NCBI RefSeq assembly: GCF_964204645.1
Contig: NC_134025.1
Span: 4,588,001 to 4,652,000 of the forward strand
Direction of reading: 5' to 3'
Length of the DNA: 64,000 nucleotides
Source of the DNA: Tubulanus polymorphus
Lineage: Eukaryota; Animalia; Nemertea
Shown here: piece after piece, positions 31,539-42,500 of the stretch
Layout: every line of letters starts with the position of its first letter
Numbering within the stretch: position 1 is the first letter of the stretch
Position numbers and translations under genes: made by a program
The notes under the pieces: generated by a model
What the model was told of the DNA's origin: nothing
Seen by the model: only the letters and a program-made list of their open reading frames with translations
Database searches by the model: none

Positions 31539-34500
31539 ATGCAGAGAACTGAACACATTGATAGCTATGCAGCATTCTTCAAATTTGACAGATTGTAAGT
31601 ACGCTACAAGTCAATGCACCTATATATGGTCACATTAACAATTTAGGTTTACATTTGTTCCTGTTGGGCCTGGGCTTATTAAGATCCTAAAAGGCTGAAT
31701 ACCCGGGCCCGGTTTTATAGGCTGGTATTAACTTTAACCCGGGGCTTAACTCAATTCATTTTCAATTGAGTTAATCCCCGAGTTTAAGTTAACACCAAAC
31801 TATAAAACCGGGCCCTGATGTTTATGCCTTAATCCTACAGACATCTAATCTAATTTACTACTAACCGGTAACTCTACTTATTTGCTTCCTTTCCTCCATT
31901 TACATAGGCCCTACAGCCCTAACCTCTTAATTAAATGATAATGATTCCATTAAACTTTGAATATATGGAGCGCATGCCATTCGATTCAATGTTGTTAAAA
32001 TCCTAATCCAGAAGAGCTGTGGTTGTTATTTTCATTTCAATTGATGTTCGAATGCTCCAGAATTGTGACACTAGTGATAACATATAGGCCTAGAAGAGTG
32101 AAAGGTGTTGATTTTAATATTATAGATTTAATCATTATATTGTTATCGATGTAATTTTGCCTGTGAATTTTAATTATTGCTTAGTGCGTTAGGCGTAGTG
32201 CACCCGGGGCAAAAAATGTTGCGCGAAAAATAATTCGTGTTTATCTCCTCAAATTCATCAGCATAAAGAACAAATGCAACATCGATTTCACCCGCCTAAA
32301 ATATATGTCTCAAGCTTTAATGATACGTGACTGAGGTTCGGGGAGCATTAGCTTTAATAGAACTATTCCATACAACAAAGTGATTATTGCTCATGGCCAA
32401 ATTACATATAATATGGTAGAGTCAGCAGTCACGGGTGGTTAACACCTACTGTGAACATAATCCTGGATCAATGTGTTAATATATATGCTTCAATTTTATA
32501 TAATACACTACTTTGTTAGCCTGCTACCCCACCTCTCTGCAGCTACTACTGTATTCATGCGTTGATGAATTGATGAATTTGTCTCTGGTGGAATAATGTT
32601 ATTCACCTTGTGTGACAATGATATTATGTTGAATTCCTTGATTCATTCTTATGAAAACTTACTTCTCTAAATCTGTATAGCCTAAATGACATAAGTAGGC
32701 CTATGTGTGCGTTTAAAATGAATTTTTATAACCAAGTATAAATATGAATAGACGATACATTATGATATATATGAATCATTCCGAATTTGAATTAAGACCC
32801 ACTCATATTTAATCGGAATTTGAAAGGTACAATAATTGATTTATACAAGGCTTACACTATACATATTACAGCAGTTCATTTCGAATCTAACATATTCTAG
32901 TATTTTTTTTTTTAGGGAAAAACCTGTCCGCGTTCACTTGAAGAATGTCTACAGTTGTTTGGCCATTGCCATGTTATCGGCCGCTGTTGGGGGCTATGTT
33001 CACCTATTCACCAGAATGTTTGAGGTAAAAATTTATTTTTCATGCAATACAATGAACAAAAGAAACTGGAATAACTTGTTTTGAAATGTGCTTTCGGAAG
33101 TTATAGTGTAAAATCACTGGCATAGAAATGTCGATCCTTTGAAACTGAGAAATGTTTGCTAGAAATCCTTCATCGATTATTGGATTTAATTTTTGGTCTT
33201 AATTTTCCATGTGTAAAAAGATAGATATAACTTCAATACTTTATCTGCCCAGATAATCTATTAAATTGACAGGTGTTTTATGCTACATGTAGCGCAATGT
33301 AATTTTGAATTCCTCCATTGTTATTGAAATACATGTAATGGGGAAACGATGAGAAACAAGAAAATTAACTTTAATAAATTATTTGACGCCTGCGAAAAAA
33401 TGTAGAATTTCTGGGAGAAGCTAATGTTGAATTGCAAATTTGAAATCGAAGTTTCAACAGGTCTAATTTAAAAAAAATTGTCAACTTGTGACCGACTTCG
33501 ATTTACTTTTGCCTCTAAGCTGGTCTGCAACTTCATTGCCTCCATGGTTGAAGAAAGAGTTCTTTGGATGTTTGCTTCCTCATGACGTTGAGCATATCGT
33601 GTAGCCAGCCGGCCCGGTCCTGGGGCCCGGTTTGGTTGTCACTCGATATCCTAGACTTGAGTCTGGGTTGAAGTAGACATTGTCATTTAAAGAACTTATT
33701 CATATGTTATTCTGTATGAATTAACCGTGTGTCTTGTATTTTGTATTTTCTTATTTTAAGATTTGTAAGTTTTTTAAATTTTATCCCGGAATTTCAATGT
33801 AATAAGGATCAATAAAGTATTGAATTGAATTGTCACCTTATAAACATGCCATCAATGGACGCGGAGCCGTATATGACAGCTATGCTATTGTAAATTGCTA
33901 ATCTCATGAAACTTGCATACCCCTTATATCCAACATATTTTCTAAAACATTTGAATATTGAAATTATATGTTAACACGTTTTTATATAGACCGCTTGTAG
34001 CCGCCGATGAAATTCACGCCGGCCCTACTCAGATCGTAGATAGCTTCGTCATTCCACTAGCATCCCCATGTCAGGGTCTGACTTTTATATCAGACTTCCA
34101 AATCGTGTATACATCCGCCATTTAACCGAATAATCCGATTTACTTATCATTTCTATTTATGCCTGCCGCTCCTGATATAATCATACATCCTTTACTATTA
34201 CAATACGTCTTCTCATGATATTCAATGCAATATAACATTTCGACGTTCAAATAGACGTCATTATATAATCAAAGGGAGCCATTCTACATCTTTATCAATA
34301 ATATTTTGTCAAATAGCTTGTATGTGTACACATAAACCTGTGACGTTTTGCACATCGATTTACGGTTGTCGTTTGTAAAATGACGCTGAATGGTTAACAT
34401 TGTTTAGGTTTCATAATGGTAACGTTTTATAAGGCGTCAAAAAATATAGTTATTTCTGTTTATTTCAGGGAGGTATATTGTCTTGTTTGGCCTCAATTGG

Positions 34501-35425
34501 ATTGTTGGTACTATTAGCCCTGACACCAAACACCCGCGAGAATCAAGTTAAAAGAATGGGAATGTTGACTGGATTTGCGTTTTTCACAGGTGAATTTTCA
34601 AGCTATGACATTTTGAATGCTAATAATGTTTAACACATGCTGAAATTATTCATCAATATTCTGTGAACTGTTATTAGGTATTTCTCTCGGTCCACTGATG
34701 GATATGGTTATTGAAATTGATGCGTCTATTATTCCGTCGGCATTTCTGGGCACGACTGTAATCTTCGTGTGTTTCAGTCTCAGCGCTCTGCTCAGTGACC
34801 AGAGGCAATGGCTCTATTTAGGAGGTACGTGAACGAGTCCTATTGTGGTTCTTAAGCATTCAATAATTCAGGAAAATACTGCATGATATGTATATGAAAA
34901 TCATTGTTCTTTTTTTATTATTTCAGGAATCTTGTTCTCTGGCTTGTCTGCATTGTTTATGCTGTCATTATTCAATTTGTTCCTTGGATCACGGCTTATC
35001 TACGAAGTAAGATATCATTTCATTTTTTACTGAATATCCTTGTATCCAGTTGATTAATCTTGCAACAATCTTGCCATATATTTAACGATGAATTTGTTTT
35101 CTCATTCCTCCAGATCAACTTATACTTGGGTCTGCTTATCATGTGCGGATTTGTGTTGTATGACACTCAGCTGATAGTTGAGAAGAGACGAAATGGAGAT
35201 GATGACTTCATCTGGTAAGTTTTAGCGATCGAATCAAAATTCATAAATTCTGTTTTAACTCGGGGTCGGCTTAACAAGTGCAACACGTCAAAGGTTCAAT
35301 CAAATTTCCTAAACTCTTGTTATTGTAGGCATTGCATTGACCTCTTCCTCGACTTTATCCACATTTTCCGAAAATTGATGATCATTCTTTCTAACAAAGA
35401 AGAGAAGAAGAACAAGAGGAATTAG
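31539..35425 (+). CDS. TMBIM6: Bax inhibitor 1 (TMBIM6)
   Basis: Exons 31539-31594, 32916-33024 ([13 protein letters not shown]), 34469-34589, 34678-34823, 34927-35006, 35114-35214 ([23 protein letters not shown]), 35329-35425 ([31 protein letters not shown]). A non-coding exon donor lies at ~30363. Confidence 0.95.
31706..31814. mobile_element. Palindromic MITE, Harbinger-like
   Basis: GGCCCGGTTTTATAG ... CTATAAAACCGGGCC; nearly the whole element folds back; flanks CCG/CTG. Confidence 0.75.
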
Positions 35426-37947
35426 AGAGGAAAGAAGACTGCGTAGTCGTTATTTGTTTTTTGTTATTAGTTGATTTCCTATTACCAGATCGTCTATGAC
35501 TTGATGTCGATTTCAATGATTTAATTGAACTAAATTTCGCTTCAAAATTACAATACAACTTTCATTTTGACACAGCGCTGTTGTAAACAGTTAATGATTT
35601 CAAAATTTCTATTCTTCGGTCATTTCAAATTTAGAACTGGGCATGTATTTATTTGGAAAATGCGTAGTCATCAAAAGTTGATGAAACCGCAGGCTGTATT
35701 TGGTAAATGTGCTACATATTCCCCGCTATATTATAGTATTTGCATGTAGATTTCCATATAATTATTTTATTCTTTTTTGTGTAAAAAAAAATCTGTACCA
35801 GGAATGTCTGGAATTTCAAATGATGACCAATAGTTATTTATTTCTAAGACATGACAATGCTTAGACTAACCAAATATCCTAAAATTTTATCTTTATGATG
35901 TAGCAAAAATGTTCGAAATTTTCAAGTTTTGGTTTAACTAACTGTAGAAGCAACTTCGAATTTTCATCAGTCTTGCCTCTGGTCCTCACAGTCCGAGGTG
36001 CAAATGATTAAGGTTAATATTAGATTTGTAATTACACATATTTTTGATTTTCACCTGCCAAATAATTAATACCTGATCAATAATGAAAAGCTGTGATATA
36101 TACTCAATTATAACTTGAAATAACATAATTTATTCAAAGAAATTCATGTTTAGAAATACTTTGAAAGCCAATCTAAGAAAGCTTAGCTTTGACAATGGTC
36201 CAACACTCGCTTCCTAAACATGTAATCAACTTTGAAGGAAAACTTTTTGACTCGAAATTTTTTAATTCGGAAGATGCATGACTTTCTAAAAAAAGCTTTT
36301 AGCTTATGGCTTGTAATCTCACACCATATTCGAGTAAGGTGAAGGTAAGGCTTTTATTTGTCCTGGCTTGAAGTTTGGTCTGTTTGTTTTTGCTGAAAAA
36401 CGAAAATTGGCGGTATTAGAGAATAGTGGGTATTGATGTTTGTTGTAACGTGTATTGAGTGTTTATTGTGAATCTTCTGGTGTCATTGATTAATAATTTG
36501 TCACTTGATTTCTGCTGTTCTATTTATTATTCTGAAATGCTAAGATAATGACGAGGAAGGTTTATTTTCCTTGATGGAATGCAACGGTGATTCATGAATT
36601 GAAACATCGACCGTGCAGACAGTGTTATTGAACTTGTTTGTAGGACTTTTTTCGGTTGTATTTTTCGATGTTCATGAATCACAGTGGTTTAACACTAATA
36701 AATGTAAATAGATCGAATCACGCATTTCATTTGTAATTTTTATCGACCACTTTTGAATATTGTCACATTATTATTCTGCTTCAACGAATCTGCATTCTTT
36801 AAAGCGATGGTGTGCAACTTTTTATCAGCTGGCATTACCCGTACAAACATGAGCAGTTGCCATTTCCAAGTATATTGTGCATGTTCTATATATGTATCAA
36901 CGTCATGAAATATCCTGGTACTGATATACGCGTGCCTATTTATCGCACCATAGACTCTAAAACGAAGAGTCCATGATCGCACCTAGTATCCATCCTTAAA
37001 ATGTATTTTTCTGCCGATAAGCTGTGTAGTTAGATGTACTCGAGCAATGTTTCGAATGACCATATGTAAGGACACTAAGTCGAATCAGTTAGAAAAGCCA
37101 ACAAATTCAACCAACACCAAGAGATTAGGAGAAAGTGCGAATTTGACCTGGGAATTTATGTAGGGGAGTTTAGATGTACATGTATAAACAAGGTAAAATC
37201 GTGGTTCTAGGTGAATGAACTTGCAGTATTCATTAATGCACTACAAGATGATTAGTTCGGATGTGTCGATTCTTGTACATGTAACATATGATGAATATAT
37301 TTGTCTACGTTAAAAATATGAATTATGTTTGTTCAGTTGTTGACTAATTTTGTGTAGAAAGGACATCTCTTTCATAAGTTTCTTGGTGGTTTTGTGGTCT
37401 CAGCTTTCAGTTAGGATGAATGGAATGAATAGGAATTGTCATCGTTAAACAATGCAGTTATAGAGACAAAACACTATTTTACATAACTGATTGAATCGCT
37501 GTAATATCATTAGCGTTTCGATATATATTGCAAAAATTAGTTACCGCGTTCAGTATAGTATTCAAAAATCAATTATTTCATCTACAATGATCTTGAATTC
37601 ATTCAAATGCAGTAAATAAGACCTAAATTTAATCTCACCAAATAAACCACCACGATAGCAATAGCATTTTTCATTAGATAATTGTACTTTCCGTGGAAGG
37701 AAGCAATGTATATAACATCATGGAAAATGGCGCATGATGTAAATTCTCAATAAAAACTATCTTTCATGACTCAGTTGAATGACTACATCGATATGAAAGA
37801 ACCTGACAACATAAACAGAATTACCCACCAGTACGATAAGAAAATACAATTTTAGCTTTATTACAACTTTACCGATAGTAACACTTACATTTTTAAAATG
37901 ATATCGAAACAGATACGTAACTAAGTCAACGGTGATGATATCTTTAG

Positions 37948-38958
37948 TTATCCCGATAGACCGACCCAATGTGGCGGAAAATAATCGTCGTGGCTGACTA
38001 AACGCGCCAAAGATGAATTCTTACGCGGCCAATCTTTGTAATAAATGGTTGTCCCGCTTGCTAACCAGGCCGCCCACCAACCAAATGTACCAGTCGATAT
38101 AATAACGTGCTCACAAGAAGATAATATAGCCATATCTAAAGACGGATCTTTTGCTTTAGAAAAAACCACTTTCTCAGTCTTATTGGGTACATTTCTTTCG
38201 CACCACGGAATATCATCTGACGTTACGATGAACAACGTATTTTGACCATACAGTGACGTCATATAGTCCATCGCATTCCTCAAATAGCTGACCGGAACTG
38301 TAACATAACCGAAGTTAGAATAAGTTATCATATCTCCACGTCTTACATGTATACCGATGGTGGTGATTTTGGCACCAGTAAGCAGTGATAAATTGTATTT
38401 ATTACGATCGATAAAATTGACAGCCGCTCGTTTTATGTGTCTTCTGAATGAAAATTGTTTCCGTATTTCTTCCGTGTCATTTCGAAAATATTTCCAGGAC
38501 TGTAAATAGCCAGTAACACGGCTTGCGTACAAACCAGCTATGTTTATATTTCGGATCCTAGAGTCAAATTTACACGCATATCTCTCACGAAATACCTCAG
38601 TGACGGGCTCTTCAAGAACGGCAGAAGGTGCCGTCAATTCGTACATAATCGCTAGTTGAAAGTTGGTAGGAATAACGGGTATGGCGCCATGGTTTTTAGA
38701 AATTGAAAAAAGGGCTGCGTACTGGAACATCAAGTTACCAGTTCGTTCCATGAATGAAGCGGTCATCATCGGGGAGGGTTGCGCGATTTTTATCTCCTGC
38801 GGATATCGAAGTTTTCGCAAGGGAAGACCATGTTTTCGGGACAATCGAGTACTTACGAAAACCAAATCTTTAAAATGCAAGTGACGATGCAAAAGAATAT
38901 CAACAATTATCCATATCGCCAATATACAAGTGAACTTAAAAAAGAAAATCCCACGCAT
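37948..38958 (-). CDS. Galactoside alpha-1,2-fucosyltransferase (GT11), single coding exon
   Basis: 336-aa ORF with an N-terminal type II transmembrane segment; motifs RTGNLMFQYA, GYLQSWKYF, IGIHVRRGD, FIVTSDDIPWC, DMAILSSCEHVIISTGTFGWWAAWL, DYFPPHW. Confidence 0.95.
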   Translation of the reverse strand: MRGIFFFKFTCILAIWIIVDILLHRHLHFKDLVFVSTRLSRKHGLPLRKLRYPQEIKIAQPSPMMTASFMERTGNLMFQYAALFSISKNHGAIPVIPTNFQLAIMYELTAPSAVLEEPVTEVFRERYACKFDSRIRNINIAGLYASRVTGYLQSWKYFRNDTEEIRKQFSFRRHIKRAAVNFIDRNKYNLSLLTGAKITTIGIHVRRGDMITYSNFGYVTVPVSYLRNAMDYMTSLYGQNTLFIVTSDDIPWCERNVPNKTEKVVFSKAKDPSLDMAILSSCEHVIISTGTFGWWAAWLASGTTIYYKDWPRKNSSLARLVSHDDYFPPHWVGLSG

Positions 38959-39039
38959 CTTAGCCTCTAACTAGAAATAGACACAATCTGTCTGATCTGA
39001 ATCAACCTGGAGTGTTTTGCCGCTAACGCGAGTACTGAA

Positions 39040-39460
39040 AACATTTTGCGACGCGCGCTTGTAACCACCGGGAAGCCGAGCCGAGCCGCCCGCACCCCGG
39101 CGCGACCGACAGTTGTGCGGCGTGTACGTGACAAGAACGTTGCTTGAACTAGGAATGAAAACTATGGGATTCTAAATGGTGTAGGACAGAGGTCGGACGG
39201 GTGGGCCAAGAATTATCAGCTGGGGACAGGCGCGTCGCCGTGCAGTGATCGCCGGCCCCGGGAGAGGTGCCGAGCAACGCGGGCGCCCGCCCGCCGGGAC
39301 GCCGCCGGCCCAGTTTGCCAGGGCCCGGCATGCAAGCGGCCTACGTCTTATGTGTATTAATGATAGGGCTTCTTGTCACGCGATTGAAGTAGTTGATAGA
39401 AATCCAGCTCCCTTTATGTCCTGCCCGAGCTGACACTGCGCCCGGTCGCCGGGATCCTTT
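39040..39460. promoter_or_regulatory. GC/CpG-rich island between the divergent fucosyltransferase and MMS22L (probable bidirectional promoter, or a GC-rich repeat)
   Basis: Abrupt GC-rich stretch (CCGCCCGCACCCCGGCGCG, GCGGGCGCCCGCCCGCCGGG) in an otherwise AT-rich window. Confidence 0.5.
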
Positions 39461-39551
39461 GATAGACCTATGCGATTCCTAACGTTCCGTGACCTATTCC
39501 GTGTTTTACTTTTTCGTTCTCGGGCCATTTATTCCTACTGCCGCGCTTTAG

Positions 39552-42500
39552 TCGTATCATTCTCCACCCAAAAGTTCATCGCGGATATTTCGAGATATCC
39601 TCTCATGTCACCATGATTAAATTATTTGGATATTTCATTAATAAAGATGATCTTTCAGATTATGTTTCACTTGTGAGGTCAGTCGATTTTGATTGCAAAA
39701 GAAGGAACAAATCTGCTGTTTTTAAGACGTGTTGTTTTTGGAGGATCTACTAAATAAATGTTATACTATTCTATTCTAGTGCTTGCTTCTTAACCCCACC
39801 CCCACCACCACGTCCACTCCGACCACACAAAAAGAGCTGGTGGTTAAGCTTTTATAATTATTACGATCGAAGGGCTTTGTGAAAATATCCGATCGTGAAT
39901 ATTAACTACAAACCCATGCCCTAGGGTTCACCAAGAACCTTAGTGTCTGATATGAAGGATCGTATAGAGCGACGGTGCTGGGTGAAGCCCTATGGAGGCC
40001 CGCTGGATGTAAGACGAGTGAAGATTGTTATAGCCGGAAGTGGCTTCACCCGGGCCCCGGCCTATACTTTTTAGTGTACCCAGACCCAGTACATCAGACA
40101 CTAAGGTTCTTGGTGAAGAAATCGAAGTGCACAGTGGGGATGGGGGTTTTGTTTATGGTTTGTTGTTGGGTTGAGCCAAAGTTTCAAAAAGATACCGATT
40201 TAATTTTTTCAGACAAGCTTTACAGGAATGTGGAACACCAGGAAAAAGCAGTGGTAAAAGTTTTTGTCCGGTTATAAGCAGTAGCTTAACCCGAATTATC
40301 CTTCATTTTATTCATGCCAGTATAAATATACTTATTGTTATATGAATAATTATAAGTTGAAGTAAATTTTTTACCCTTTACTTCTCAGCGTTTGTTATTG
40401 GAGCAGATTCTAAAATAAAAGATGTGAATCATTTCTTAAGACTGCTTGGTGATTCTGTTAGCGGGTATGTTGTTTTTGATTTACACAATCGATCTTTCAT
40501 TATAAATAAGTAATTTCTTACAATTTACTTTATTTTATGTTGTATTTCAGTGATACCGCCTCAAAAGTTTACAAGCATTTGTCCGATTTTCTACTATTCG
40601 TTGGTTTATTGTCAGATATTGATATATCAATGCTGCCTACTGGTGTTTGTGGGACAAATTTCAATCAGGTATGAACTTCTTTTATCAGGGATCATCCATT
40701 AATGTAGATAAGACTCCAAAATTTGGGTAAGTGTTTGTTTTTTGCAGAAAGGACAACTCTAATATAAGTTTCTTGTTGCTTTTGTGGTCTTGGCTTTCAG
40801 TGAGGATGAATGGAATGAATAGGAATTGTCGTTAAACAAATTAACATCGTTAAACAATGCAGTTATACGTGAACTAATAGAATCGCTATGATGGCACTTA
40901 GCGTATCAATATAATCATTGCACAACAGTTACCGCGGCGTACAATATACAAGATAGGGTGCATTAGTTCACTTGGCCGGGCATGGGTTGGAAATCTTTGA
41001 GAAATAGATCTTTAAATCGTCTGTCAACTATTATTGAAATCCCATTCATTTTTCTTTCAGAATAACAACTTTCATACGACTATCGAAGTTTGGCAAAACG
41101 TTCTTTCAACACTAGTTAGCTTAGAGGAGCGATATCCTGGTGTGTACCGATATATTATTTGTGCTAAATTTGGGTTAGCCTATAAACAAACTAAACAGTT
41201 AAAGCTGCTTAATTCGGATCAGTTTGATACGGATTTCGATCTAATCTGGATATTATTAATGGTTTTACTTATAATGTGCTCTTTGTCTATGGTCAGGTCA
41301 TCATTTATCAATCATGCAAACATTAGGAGGAATTGATGGTTATCATCATTCTACAGCTACAATTGAAATCTGTCAAGTTATTCTTTGGGATCTTGTTCTT
41401 GTTGCTCATAGTAAATACAAAGTGGTAAGTAACCCAGAAATCACTCTCAAATATGCAGCTTGACAGACAAAAATGAGAATAATTACGCATTAATGTATTC
41501 TATGATAAATTCAGATGAAACCGGGTGAATTATTGAGATCGTCTCCTTTCTGTTGTGCATGCATGAAGCAGATGTGGAAAACTATTATATCACACTTTGA
41601 TTCGTCAGAAACTCATGTGAGTTCATCAAAATTTGCTGTTTACGATAATATCTGGTCAACATCCACTTAAATGTCTTCCTTTACGATCGGAGTTTCCTTC
41701 ACATTGTTGGAATCAATTGTTCTTTTTCAGCCATTCTGGTTTTGCTTGCAACAAATTTGGAGGATATCAAAGCAAGATGTGAACTCGGACATCGATATAG
41801 GTACATATAAACTTAACAATTTCCCCAATGTCTTTTTGTTTCTCCGTCCACTCTTTTTGCGATATCGCGTGTCTACGTGATATTTACAGATTCGAACATG
41901 TTTTTGTTTCCACCGAGCGTTGAATGGAAGAATGAGATTAAAGCTGAATTCTGGTGGTGGCTGACCATGAATATCACAGATCTGTATGAAAATGATCATC
42001 AACATCAGGTAAACTTTTATAAGGAAAAATTTCATAGGTATCACTTGATTACCATTGGTGCAACACTATACGAGTTGTGACGATATATAGAGAATCCCAC
42101 ATTAATAAAAAGAGAAAAATGAAGTCCGCAAAATGAAGTCCGAAAATAGATTTCCTTTAAAGTTTCCTTTAAAAAGATAATTTTTTTGGTTATATTTTTG
42201 TTAAGTCAGTATTCCTGAAGATGATTATTAGGTTACCAGGCATAGTCAAAACATCGAGTAAATAAATTATCAGCTAAAAGGAACCTTCATCTTTCTTGAT
42301 TGATTATTTGATTCAGTTGTTTATTTGATTCAAAAGTTGCTGTATCTATTTTCTTGTCTATATTCACACTGTGTATTGGTGCACTTTTTGTAGAATGCCG
42401 AGAGCTCAGTGTCTAATTTACTTCTTGGATTAATTCAAGATGTTCTACCTCGAGTAAGTTCTTATGAGTTTTTCCAGGTGTATTGAAGACTCAATGTGTT

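Noticed and set aside
33740-33832. Possible LINE 3' tail (AATAAA plus TTGAA repeats)
   Set aside because: Too short, with no RT sequence to support a call.
39149-39433. GC-rich ORFs of 60-62 aa
   Set aside because: Expected by chance in a stop-poor GC island; no homology evident.
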